From contig NC_083285.1 of assembly GCF_963506605.1 (NCBI RefSeq), forward strand, positions 31,620,001-31,684,000: a stretch of 64,000 bases of DNA, in the 5' to 3' direction. Source of the stretch: Zootoca vivipara (lineage: Eukaryota). Below the pieces are notes generated by a model that saw nothing but the letters and a program-made list of their open reading frames with translations, was not told the DNA's origin and searched no databases. The position numbers and the translations under genes were made by a program. This document shows, one piece after another, positions 10,563-22,605 of the stretch. Each line of letters begins with the position of its first letter. The stretch's first letter is position 1.

Positions 10563-11354
10563 TTTAACTGGGTTAGAATGGCTCTAAATCCTGGTTAGCA
10601 ATTTCCCCCTTTGCACTACAGTGCTTACATTTTGAGAACAGAGTAGTAGTAGCAAGTAATAATGCAAGCAGAGTGAAAAGGATGAAAGTGAACTAAATGT
10701 AGATCATCCCTATATCTTTAACGGTTGTGTAGAAGGAGCTCTTCTTTAAAAATGGAACAGAAGGAGAATGGTAGACAATCCTCCCACCAAGTGTGGCAGT
10801 GTTTCAGTTGGCATGCCCCCAGGGGATTTATATGCACTTACATCAAGCTATGGGGCATGAAGCTCAGTGCATGCTGAGAATTGGGGGCTAATCAACATAG
10901 GTGAATACCATCTCGGTTTGCTGCCATTGCTTTTTTCAGTTTTAAGGGGAGGGGGCATATGCTTCACTGCTCTTAGACCTTTTCATCTCCAAAGTACTGC
11001 AATAGTCCCGGCACTGGTGGGATGCCATGCTCCACCACCACAAGTTATTACAGTCAATTGGCAGGCAGTGCTTTGGGTAAGCAACCCCTTCATGTTTTGT
11101 TCCCTACGAATCTGCTGATTATGGACTCATGGGACCTGTGTGCAGGATAAACAAGTAATTAATCAGGCAATCTCCAGGCTTTAATCGGGGTCCCCAAGCC
11201 ACAAGTGATAGCTGGAGTTGCTTTGTGTGGGAGGCAGAGAAGTTGAATTTGCTGAGACTAAAGATCACTGGGAAAAGCAAAGTTACATTATGCTTGTTTT
11301 CCTAAACGTTTCAACACATTACACAAATGTTACAGGCAGGCATGGAGGAGGGTC

Positions 11355-11356
<2 letters not shown>

Positions 11357-11402
<46 letters not shown>
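11357..11402 (+). repeat. (AC)23 microsatellite
   Basis: Direct read. Confidence 0.95.
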
Positions 11403-11404
<2 letters not shown>

Positions 11405-11435
11405 ATGCTTCTGCTGAGTGCACAGTAGCTGACTG

Positions 11436-11438
<3 letters not shown>

Positions 11439-11506
<68 letters not shown>
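11439..11506 (+). repeat. (TC)34 microsatellite
   Basis: Direct read. Confidence 0.95.
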
Positions 11507-11511
<5 letters not shown>

Positions 11512-12113
11512 GGTGTACTTTGGCAGTAAATTTCTTTTACAGCTGTGATTATGATTTGCATTTTGAGAGCACTGGCTTAGGAATGAGAGATGTTTAATAG
11601 GCCTGGCAGTTATTGATGTAAATACTTGAAAAGGTGATGAAGATTCCAGTGTCTTCTGCTTGTGAAGCAAATACATTTTAAATAAAACAGTGTCACCATC
11701 GTGTAACAAAGTGAGTAGTATTACAAGTATTCGCTTTTATAAAATACATACTACACAGGGCATCAATAGTATGTTAACTTTTTTCTTATTTGGATATTAT
11801 CTGGATTTGTTTTCTGTATTATTTTTGCAACCATTCAGAGAACTTGATCGCAATGGGATGCATTAAAATGCTGTAAATAAATAAAAAAATAGGTTAATTG
11901 TGCAATTGCCCATATTATTTCCTTACAAAATGCAGGCTAACTCTTTTCTGCCACGTTGGGAGTTGGCCAACTTTCCAAGACCACCTTCTGGTAGTGAGTG
12001 TGGCAAAAGTCAGCATGGTGACCAATGAACACTCATGCACCATGCATATTGACCACATGCAGACAGCACACACTAACACCACTTCTCCCTCTCCCTCCCT
12101 CCCTCTCACTCAC

Positions 12114-12115
<2 letters not shown>

Positions 12116-12156
<41 letters not shown>
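12116..12156 (+). repeat. (AG)20 microsatellite
   Basis: Direct read. Confidence 0.95.
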
Positions 12157-12158
<2 letters not shown>

Positions 12159-12467
12159 TGCCTCCAGCATTCAAAACTCTCATTGTTCTAGGTGCATTTT
12201 GCAACAGGGAATTTCATTAATGCAAGCAGTTTCTGAGTTCTAACTGCCACTGCTGGAAGAAATGGAAGATTTTTTTTTCTCTGCCTCATGAGAATATTAG
12301 GGGGGCGGGCAGGGAAAGTATGGCTTTGGGTTTTTTGTTTTTTTGTTTGGCTTTTTTGCAGTATTCAGATGAGGACTTGACCATGTGAAAAAGGGATATA
12401 AAATTTTAGCTGCAGTTCATTCATTTTCAGCTTTGCATTCTTGTTATTGAAAAGCACACCTAGACAC

Positions 12468-13049
12468 CAAGGGCGTACCCACCATGCGGCAAGTTAGGGC
12501 AGCTGCCCTACTCTAGAAGCAGGGCTGGTGGGCAGAGGCGGAGCACAGCCCGGCGGAGCGCGAGTTCGCCATTCCCGCCGCACCGCGCCGCACCCTCCCT
12601 CCAGCTCCCCGGCGCGCCCTCAGGCAAGGCCAAGCGCGGCGGGGAACCAGGGAGCGCGGCGCGGTGGGCGGGAACGCCGAACTCGCGCTCCGCTGGGCTG
12701 GGCTCCGCCTCCGCCCACCAGCCCTGCTGCTAGGGAGGGGCACAGCCCGGCGGAGCGCGAGTTCGCCATTCCCGCCCGCCGCGCTGCGCCCTCCCTCCAG
12801 CTCCCCGTCGCGCCCTCTGGCAAGGCCAAGCGCGGCGGGGAACCAGAGAGCGCGGCGCGGCGGGCAGGAACGCTGAACTCGCGCTCCGCTGGGCTGGGCT
12901 CCGCCTCCGCCCACCAGCCCTGCTTCTAGGGAGGGGCACAGCCCGGCGGAGCGCGAGTTCGCTGTTCCCGCCCACTTTGTGGCCCCTCCCCTTTTGTGCC
13001 TTGGCCCCTCCCCTTGCCCCCCCTAGTTTTGATCCTGGGTACGCCCATG
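12468..13049. mobile_element. Non-autonomous hAT-type element with GC-rich ~196-bp internal tandem/fold-back repeat
   Basis: TIR CAAGGGCGTACCCA / TGGGTACGCCCATG; perfect 8-bp TSD CTAGACAC (12460-12467, 13050-13057). Confidence 0.88.
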
Positions 13050-14246
13050 CTAGACACTCCATTGCGGCACCCATAACTTAATTTAGCTCTTAGCTTTCAT
13101 ATCTCCGTTTCTAACACTGGTTGCCAATCCCACCACCACCACCAATAAACAGATGTTTCCTTGTACTGTACTACATTTTTTTCTTCCTATTGCAGTGCTG
13201 GGCTAGGAGGAAAGACAGCTCTGTTCTAGCCCAGCACTGCAACGGGGTGGAAAAACAGCACCATTGTAAAAAGGTAAAAGCTCTTTCTTGCAATGGTGCT
13301 GCAGCAGCCAATGAAGAGAGGAGTTTCCAAGTTTGATAGAGTGTCTTTGGCAGCCTGTGCAATCAAGCTTCCAAATTGCACGTGGAACCTACATACATAG
13401 AGTTGTGCCCTCCCCCCCCCCAAAAAAAGTGTGGACAATGAGGTCTGGGGCCAGCAAGAAATACAGTGATGAGAGTGGGGCCAACATGGACAGCCCCCCT
13501 TTGCCTTTCATGATTGCTGATCATGTGAGAGGCAGTGGGTGATTGGGAGTAGAATAACTGTAATGTGTAAAATACATACGAAGAAGTGGAGGTGGTGGGA
13601 AGCATTCTTCATATTGCATTTTTCAAATGCTTTTTACTAATCCTGTGGTTGCTCAGCCAAGTGTTTTGGGGAAAAAATAAGGATTTTTTTCATTCAGAAG
13701 GGACAATGTAAACTGTAATGCAGATGTAACAAAGCAAGCATATTCCCCTTTCTCCATCAAATTTCATTGGAATTGCTGCTTATAAACTTAACTACTGAAC
13801 AATCAATATTTGTGGCTTTGGGGAACTTTTATAGGATTTATTAAATATATTGATTTGACAGTAGTCAGCCATATGATAATAAATTGATATTTATTCAGCA
13901 TGCGCAATGAGGATTTTATTGATGTAAACTGCCTTGTGATTTGTAGAATTGTGCTGAAATTATTTCAGAACAGCAAGAAATCTCTATGGATGGTATTAGA
14001 ATTTAATGCCTAAAAGCATTTGTATGTTAATTTGCATGAGGGTTTTTTCATCTTCTGTACAGTATGAGAGAAATCTCTTGTTGAAAATAAATATCAGGGG
14101 AGCACAAATACAGATTTAATCTTCAGTAAACAATATGTAAGCGTGAATGATGACAAGAGTCATTATGTGGGAGGAATTTGCTTATTCATAACTATGGCGA
14201 ACAGAAAGGGTCCTTAGTCATTTTACTGCAGTATTTGTATGTCATA

Positions 14247-14576
14247 AAAGGTAAAGGGACCCCTGACCATTAGGTCCAGTTGTGACCGACTCTGGGGTTG
14301 CGGTGCTCATCTCGCGTTATTGGCCAAGGGAGCCAGCGTACAGCTTCCGGGTCATGTGGCCAGCATGACAAAGCTGCTTCTGGCGAACCAGAGCAGCACA
14401 CGGAAACACCGTTTACCTTTATCTACTTGCACTTTGACGTGCTTTCGGACTGCTAGGTTGGCAGGAGCTGGGACCGAGCAACGGGAGCTCACCCTGTTGT
14501 GGGGATTCGAACCGCCGACCTTCTGATCGGCAAGCCCTAGGCTCAGTGGTTTAACCCACAGCACCACCCGCGTCCC
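14247..14576 (-). mobile_element. Sauria SINE, full length (small internal deletion)
   Basis: Head GGGACGCGGGTGG.., A and B boxes, tail; 13-bp TSD TTTGTATGTCATA (14234-14246, 14579-14591). Confidence 0.93.
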
Positions 14577-14954
14577 ATTTTGTATGTCATACTGAAGCAT
14601 AAAGTTTAAATCTTGTTCATTCACATACTTTTGCAGGTTATGATCATATCAGAATTTTTTTATACATTACCACAAAGTTATTAGTTAGATCTACTTTCCC
14701 TGAATGTCACATCTTACTTTTTAGCACATAAGAGAGTAGGTTAGAGATGGTAAGTTATGACCAGTGCTTTTCTTCTCGAAAAAGAAGGTTGCTGGTACTG
14801 TGTACCCTTGAGTACCCCCAGAAAACAACAACATGGGTTATGACCCCAACAGCAATGTTAGTTTTAGATCACATTGACATACCCCTCCACTGTCTGACAA
14901 TGATTGTTGCTCGAGATGCAACAACTATTTTGGCTTTGCCTTCAAATTATGGTA

Positions 14955-15183
14955 CAGTGGTACCTCGGGTTACAAACGCTTCAGGTTACAAACTCCGCTA
15001 ACCCAGAAATAGTACTGGTACCTCAGGTTTAGAACTTTGCTTCAGGATGAGAACAGAAATCGTGTTGTGGCAGCGCGGCGGCAGCAGGGGGCCCCATTAG
15101 CTAAAGTGGTGCTTCAGGTTAAGAACAGTTTCAGGTTAACGGACCTCTGGAACGAATTAAGTTCTTAACCAGAGGTACCACTG
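14955..15183. mobile_element. Tc1/mariner-pogo type MITE
   Basis: CAGTGGTACCTC..GAGGTACCACTG TIR, TA TSD; matches 6192-6433. Confidence 0.87.
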
Positions 15184-15487
15184 TATTTTTTCCCCATGAG
15201 GATTTCCCTGGATTTAGTAAGGTTATACCGGTAAACCTTTTAACCATCCCATTGTAGGCTAGACACTTGCTGTTTGCCCTCTCCAAAAACATGGATTTGT
15301 ATCACTGAGTCTAAGGAAGCTCCAGCTATGGAATGTCAAACATGTTGGGTCTAACAATAAAAGAAAAGCTGCATAACAGATGCAAACTCCCAGATGATTA
15401 TGAATTAGAAGTGACATAGATTGTGCTTCATTTATGCATGTGACTGCACTTACTTTTTATTTAAATCTACACCCCATTCAGGTTGCT

Positions 15488-15815
15488 CAGGGATGGGGAA
15501 CACTTTTCACTTTGTGAGTCACATTCCCTTCTGGGCAACCTCATGAGGGCCACATGGGAGTAATGGGTGAGGCCAGGGGCCAAAGTGGACAGAGCATTAA
15601 ATATAGTTTTTACCTTTGTATAGCAGGCTAGGTTTTTGGGGTTTTTTTGCACAGTCACATTCACCTTTCTGTCTTCTATGCTGGCATGCAAGAAGCATTG
15701 CCAGAGTTCAAGGACATACTCAAGGAGGGCTGGTGTGGGATGTAGCCTGGGGAAAGTAATGAGTTCCAGGTAAAGCGGTTGATTTGGCCCCCAAGCCTGA
15801 GATTTCCCATTCCTA
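15488..15815. mobile_element. Old hAT-type non-autonomous element
   Basis: CAGGGATGGGGAA..TTTCCCATTCCTA degenerate TIR; no clean TSD. Confidence 0.45.
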
Positions 15816-15819
15816 TTTT

Positions 15820-16211
15820 AGGAGACAGGAGGAGGTAATTAGGCAGGAATGCAGAACAAGGAAGCAGCAGCCTAGTTGCAATAGAAACTTGAGTTTTGAG
15901 AACAAGGAGAAGGAAGGGGGAGTTCAAGGGAGAAGACACAGACTGACAGCTTAAGCTCGGACTCAGAGGGAAGGCCACCGGAAATAGCCCATCCCATGAC
16001 GCTTAGGCACGCAAGAATTAAGGAAAGGAAGCGGAAGTGGGGCTTTAAATGTGGGAAGAGGAAGGGGCGGAACTCAGACTCGGCAACAGCTAATTTGGAA
16101 GCAGACGCTGAGTGACTGCGCTCCAGAGTGATTTGTGTGTTTTGAGCAATAAACCTGAGTTAATTACTGCCGGAGTTGTCTCGCTTCTGTGGGAGAGACC
16201 CAACCATTACA
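15820..16211 (+). mobile_element. Probable solo LTR
   Basis: Purine-rich U3-like part, TTTAAA TATA-like motif, GC box, AATAAA at 16148-16153, ends ATTACA; 5' TG not identifiable. Confidence 0.4.
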
Positions 16212-16339
16212 TTTTATCTTCATAACAACTACAGGTTGACTGAATTAAGTGATTGGCTAAAGATCAACCAGCGACCTACATGGGGACTTGATGGTGAATG
16301 CTGAGTACCCTAAAAGCCAGCGGCAGAGCAAGCCAATCG

Positions 16340-16658
16340 GGCACCTGGGGTGGTGCATGTGCCCTGCGCCCAGGGGCGGGGCCAGCCAGGGCAGGATGCT
16401 CCGCAGAGCCTCTGAGGAGTCAGCCTGCCTCCTCCCACTCAGCCGCCCTACAGCTGGGGGGGGGGAAGCAGCCGGCAGACCATTTGGGGCAGCGCAGAGC
16501 CTGTGGGTGCCCAATCCACTGCATCACTCCCAGGAGTGATGAGTGACTCAGGCACGCTGCAGGCCCCGCAGTGAGTGCTGCCCATCATTTTGTCACCCTC
16601 CTCAGTGGTGACATCCAGGGCAGCCCGTCCCCACCGCACCCCCTTCCTACGCCCCACT
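16340..16658. mobile_element. Partial GC-rich TIR element (CAGTGGCGTAGG-like end)
   Basis: GC-rich block ending CCTACGCCCCACT; left end not found. Confidence 0.4.
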
Positions 16659-17440
16659 AATAGCTCAGGTGTTCTGTGCCATCTCTGTGACGGTGCTTGT
16701 TTAGGTACTGCTGTAAATCTTAGCTCACTGCACTGTTCTTCTTTTACTTTAGCTTGCTGTCTATTAAATGTCTTTGGCATACACCAGTTAGAAGCTTTAT
16801 AGCAGATCTCAGCGCATTTGTGCATGCCTCATTAAATGTAGTGACCTCTAACTGCACTGTGAGTCCACCGAGGATAGTTCCTGGAGATCTGAAGACTCTA
16901 CTTGTTTCACTGTTTTCCCTTTCTTTAAAACAAAAAGAAAGGAGAGAGAGAGAGAGATGTAGCACTTTACATTGGCACTCCCAATACAATTTCCAAATGT
17001 GATGCCAAAATTGGAAGCAAATAAATTACAACATTTGACTTAATTTTTAATTAACTGAAAGTCATCACTGCAAATTGTGTCTTCCATTACAAGCCAGAAT
17101 TCTCAACTGCCAGACCTGAAATAATTAAGCAATATATTATAATTAAGAAATGTAATTTTAATTTAATTATGATATATCATACAACTGTTTCTGATTTAGT
17201 TGACATTCATTGAGAAACTGCTATAATATCCAATAACACTCCAATATGCAGCTGGCTTTTCATATTTTGTTTCAGAGTATCTGACAGTCTCCAGAACCCA
17301 GAGAGGTGCTGTTTCTCTGTTTGGAAACAGCCAGCTTGCAGTGAAAATATTTGTCACCTAGGTTGCAACCCCCATGCACACTCGCTTTAGGAGAAAATCC
17401 CATTGAAATTGTGATAACTTCCTTCCAAATAAACATTTCT

Positions 17441-17935
17441 ATTCATTCATTCATTCATTCATTCATTAAATTTGCATACCACCCTTTATCCAAAGATTAC
17501 AGGGCAGTTCACAACGTAAAAATACAATGCCATGAAGGTGTGAGGAAAGCTTCCCTGGAGAAACCATTTCACAAATGGGAAGCCATTGCAGAAAAGGCCT
17601 GTTCTTGTGTTTCCATCCTCTGGGCCTCTTGTGGAGGAGGCACACAAAGAAGGGCCTCAAGTGGGTTCAGGTTGCAGGGTCTAGGTTGATTCATATGAGA
17701 AGAGGCAGTCCTTGAGGTATTACGATCCTGAGCCATTCAAGTCCATTACCAAGGCAAGACAACGGCCCAGCACATCCACTGCCACACCTGCAGATGTAAA
17801 GGAAAAGTACAGCTGTGTGTCATCAGCATATTGCTGATATCGTACTCCAAAACTCTGGATGTCCCCACTCAGGATTTCCATGTAAGATGTTAAATATCAT
17901 GGAGGTTAAAATCAAAACCTGGGGAACCCCACACC
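17441..17935 (-). mobile_element. L2-type LINE remnant (RT core joined to 3' tail)
   Basis: GVPQ at ~17918-17930 and QQYADDTQLY at ~17807-17836 on - strand; (ATTC)n tail at 17441-17466. Confidence 0.7.
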
Positions 17936-18957
17936 GAATTCCAATTAGCCAACATGGTCAAAGATGATGGGAGTTGCTGTAGTTCAGCAGCAACTGGAGG
18001 CCCATGGGATCCCACCCCCGACCTTGCTATTGCCCTGTGATGCTTTTGTAGTACGTATTTGGTTCATTCACTTGCACACACAAAACATAAGCAGAGGCGA
18101 ACAGCATGCACAGACCTGGCAGGCAGCAATTCTGCCTCTCTGTCTCCCTGCCTCTGCTGCAAAAACTGCTGCTTTAGTCCCTTCACACATGCACACCTTC
18201 CGTCTCTCTTTTGCTTGGGAGTATCAGATGTGCTTCTGTCTCCAAACTCTGGTGGCTTTCCAATCCCAAACATTCCAAAGAGATCTCTGTATCAAGAACA
18301 TAACTTTAAACAATTAGCTCCCATAAGGAGACATCGGTTGCATATTCCCCATACATTTAAAGCATGTAAAGCAACCCCCCAAAGAGTCTAGGGAACAGGA
18401 AAAATTGTAGCTCTGTGAGGGGCAAACTAGTTTTTAGGATTCTTTGGAAGAAACCATGTGTTTCAAGTGTATGGTTTGTACATTAGCACTGGCATTCCTG
18501 GGCAGTTAGAAGGGGAAGAGGGAATGGGAAATACCATTGAGGAAAGTGCCTTCTACTCATTTAACTGTTGGATTCTATCCATATTGCTTAACCCTCTCTA
18601 TTCCCTGCCTCCTGCAAAAAGTAAATCCAGATGGTACATATAGCACAGTGATTTGATGTGGTGGGTAAGGTACCAACATACAAATCAATGGCTTGGATCC
18701 TGTTTCGGTCACTCATTTGCTACATAAGCTTTTCAACCCGCCCCCCAGTGCAAATGTTGAGCCAATTATCTCCCTTTTTGGAATTACTGATATCTCACTT
18801 TGAGATGCAAGCATATGCATAGTCATTACTGTTGGAAGAATAAAGAGTTATAATTTGATTCAGTTACCCATTTGAACACTTCCAATGGCATCCAAGGGAA
18901 TGCATGGGTAAGTTAGATGACATAGAATTTTCTTGTAAGTTGTGTTTTTATTTATTT

Positions 18958-19001
18958 ATACATACATACATACATACATACATACATACATACATACATA
19001 C
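18958..19001 (+). repeat. (ATAC)n microsatellite
   Basis: Direct read. Confidence 0.9.
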
Positions 19002-20199
19002 AGCTGGATGTGTCTTGAATCTCTTGGTTTGATGTGTCTTTCATTTTATTCATCTGGGAGGAAGGTATTGGGTTGGGTTTCTTTTTTTATTGTTTTAGAT
19101 AATTTCCCAGTGGGAAGCTACAGGCTTAGTTCTTTCTGGAAGAGTGCAAACAATAGTATACACAGAGCAATAATGAGTGATTGTTATCGCTCCAATCCCT
19201 TTTCTCTCTGGTTTTCTGAAATTAAAAAAAGAGAATTATTATTCAAATGACTCTTATTTAGGACATGGCATATCATCAGAACAGCCTGTTCAGAACTAAA
19301 GCAAACATTTGAGCCAACCCTCAGGCGCTATTCGGATTGTTCTAATCAAAGCTCCATGAAAGTGCTTTGCTTTATGCTATAGCTCAAGTGAAGGGATCAC
19401 AAAATGCCTGTGAAAAAAGCATTAAGTTGAAAGTATGTTAATGTAGGAGTATATTTATTTAAACACTGTGGGTGTTCCAGTCTGGAACTACCTACTGATG
19501 CGGTGGTTTCATCAATATACCAAAGAGAAAAGTAAATAATTCAACAGAACATTGTCTGAGGCAAATGTCAGGAGAAGGAAAATTGCTTTCAATAAATATG
19601 GCTCAAGAGTAAAACAGAGCCGATTTTCCAAATAATGTACAGTTTAGCTTACGTAAGGCACACCAGTGGTTGCAGAGTTTGGGAAAGCTCGAAGGTGTTT
19701 TAATTATACTGTTGCAATTACTTCCCATTTTAGCAACTAGCAGTGCTCTGAAACTTTCCGTACCAAGAGACAGATACAAATAATTATGCAAATGCAGTCA
19801 ACTGTTTGTATATATGGAACTGCTGTCGGTTAGTTTACTTATACTTTCAAAAGGAAAGGGCAGAATCCAAAGTTTAAACAACAGATGCCTAGCCATATTG
19901 AGATATCCAACAGAAATAACTGTTTGTGGCTCAGAAGCATTGAAAAGGAGTCGAGACATAAGAAAAAGCATCAGCTATTACCTTCTGGAAAAGTCTATTT
20001 CCCTGTGGCCTAATAAATATTGTATGAACCAACATGAAGCAATATGGTAATGATGTGATATTTATCCAGGGAGCAGGTGCACCAATTGCAGTTACTGCTC
20101 TCTAGTTTGTGGTTGAGCAACAACAGCATTTTAACCTTTTTGAACATTCCCCTCCCTTCCTCTGTTTTGTTTTCAATCTTAGTTTCCCTGGGGACTGAA

Positions 20200-20374
20200 A
20201 TGGCAAAAGAAAGTCAACCTCAGGCCCTGGCGGCGCTACCAGGCACCACTGTCGCTTCTGCGCTAGCAAGTAATGTCACAGAACCTGCGGCTCCTGGAGG
20301 GAAGGGGGGGCCGAAAGAAGATGCATTCTCGAAGTTGAAGGAGAAATTTATGAATGAACTGAACAAAATACCAT
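20200..20374 (+). CDS. SYT1: Synaptotagmin-1 first coding exon (exon 20183-20374 with 17 nt of 5'UTR), luminal domain
   Basis: Polypyrimidine tract plus AG (20181-20182); [58 protein letters not shown]; donor GTAAGT at 20375, phase 1. Confidence 0.95.
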
Positions 20375-22605
20375 GTAAGTAAAAACCAAAGCTGGGTAGA
20401 AAATGCCATCATAATTGCTACTGTTGACACTCACAAACTGCTCAAGAAACACACATAATGGTCCTTCATTGAATCAGAGTGAAGCTTAAAGAATGCTATT
20501 TATTAATTAGCTGTCTTCTACTGCAAAAAAAGGCACATGCATGCATTGATTTCTTTAAAGATCTATATTTGCCTTTTGTTTAAGACTCTCGAGATAAATT
20601 GCAGGAAGTGGCAATGATAGTATGGATGGGATCAAATTCTGCTTGTTCGTTAATCCAACTGACTATTGCTATGTATACACTGTGCCTTTAAGTCTTCCCC
20701 TCAAAGAATTATGGGCACTGTAGTTTCATACTGGTTGGTGGGAATTGGAAACTCTGTGAGATGTAAAACCATAATTCTTTGAGGGAAATGATACAGTGCA
20801 TTTTGTATATGTATTAAAGGTATAGCACATACACAGCCTAAAGCTCCAATCCTAGGCATGCTTGCTAGGGAGTAAGTCCCTATAACACAAGGGACTTACT
20901 TGTGAATAGGATTGCAACAAGAAGTAAAAAAAAAAAAGTAGAAGAAAGGAACAAATTTAGAAACTGGTACAGACACAACACATAGGCATGTGTAAGGGAT
21001 GGAACCAGGCTCTCATCATGATCACGTGACATGACAAGGTTCCAGTCACATGTCTTGGTAAGTTAATGGTGTACAGACTACTCCCACCTCGTTCTTCTAT
21101 ACTAGTGAGCAGGTGGAACGAGCCAAAATCCTTGAGTTAGTGTTATGTCTGAATTGGGAATTATGTTTTATTTTGCTCCAAACAAATCTGCAGCTCAGGC
21201 TTTTCTTGGCTTCTGAATGAAGCAAACATCAGGCTCCTATTTCAGTATAACAACAAGCCAACAATAGCTGATGGATGCTCCTGCTCTTCTAACACAAAGG
21301 AGAAAAGCGGGAGCAATCTGCTCATCCGCAGGAAGGCATTAACCATGGATACATATGGTGAACACAGCCAGTTAGTGCTCACCAGCAGTAGAGTGGTATG
21401 AAAATGGCTGCTTAGCCAGTCATGGGGTGGGTAGCTGTTGCGGCCTGTCATGGCAGGCTCCTATCCCCAGGAAGCAACACTGGGGATAGGCAGGCACCAG
21501 TTGTGGAATCCCTTGGCTGGCTGCTTGGATTGGCAGGCTTTCGTACTATCCATCCATTTGAATTCTGGCCAGTCAAGCAGGTTTCACTCTGGTTTACTCC
21601 CAGCCTATAAAGGCTGGTTACGCCTCACTGTAAGGGACTGCAGTCTGCAATTTAGTGTTTATATTTGCAAGGGATTGCTGCTTGTAATATGTTCTTTCTC
21701 ACCTTCAAGGTTAGGGATGCAGCAGGCTATTAATGAATGAATAGAAAAAGTGTTGGTGACTCATTACCATCACTATTTAGCCTCTCCTGCAACAGTCAAG
21801 CTTGCCTGTTTTTACCCAAAAAAAGTGGGAAAGAAATATTAAACTAAACTAGAAAAAAGTTCTCTTTTTTTAAACCTGAGGCCAAGTAAAGGTTTCACAA
21901 AGTAGTGACAAAATGGAAGTGACTTCAGAACTTGAAAGGATGTGAAAATTTCAGGAAAAATATCCTTTAGTAGCCTTGATTGATTGGTTTTCTTCAAGTC
22001 GCCTGTGTGTTAATAACTCAGCTGCCACATTATTATTCTAAAGGAAATGGAAAGAAAGCTTCTTATGGATCACCACACTTCAGGTATTATCTGCAACCAA
22101 ATCCAGTAACAAATAAGTCAAATACCTGTAGTTAATTCTGGCAGGTTCAAAAGGATGTTAGAATATCCGCTATGGATGCTGAAGAATTGAGCCCCCCACC
22201 CCACCCGCCATTTCACAGTATTTCAGTCAATAAAAATCAGGAAGCAGGTATGATGTTTTTAGGCTGAAATATGCCTTACCCCTTTAGTAGCAAAAAGGGA
22301 TTTTAAAGGCCACAGTTTGTATCTCATTGCTATCAAATTTATATAGTATGGATTTTAGTTTGGACCCTCCCTGCCCAAAAAACCCCAAAGTCATTAATTG
22401 CAATAAATTAGCACAACAGAAAACTTAGCCATGTAGGTTCAGACTATAGCCACTTATTTGCCCATAATGGTATTACAGTTTTCTCTCCAGTTTTGTCAGT
22501 GGAGTGTTCAGGCATTTGTTGCTGACAGTTTAAATGTTCAGGGTGGCTTGTCACGTTGCTCTTTATACTGTGGATAAAATAACCTGCAAAATTTAAGCAT
22601 GGGGA

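Noticed and set aside
12513-13074. Overlapping Arg/Ala/Pro-rich ORFs on both strands
   Set aside because: By-product of a very GC-rich repeat array inside a hAT element; no domain motifs or splice support.
17255-17320. Possible SYT1 5'UTR exon after TTTTGTTTCAG
   Set aside because: No convincing donor and no other support from sequence alone.
20077-20199. N-terminal extension of the SYT1 ORF in the track
   Set aside because: Intronic polypyrimidine tract and 5'UTR; the acceptor AG is at 20181-20182 and the ATG at 20200.
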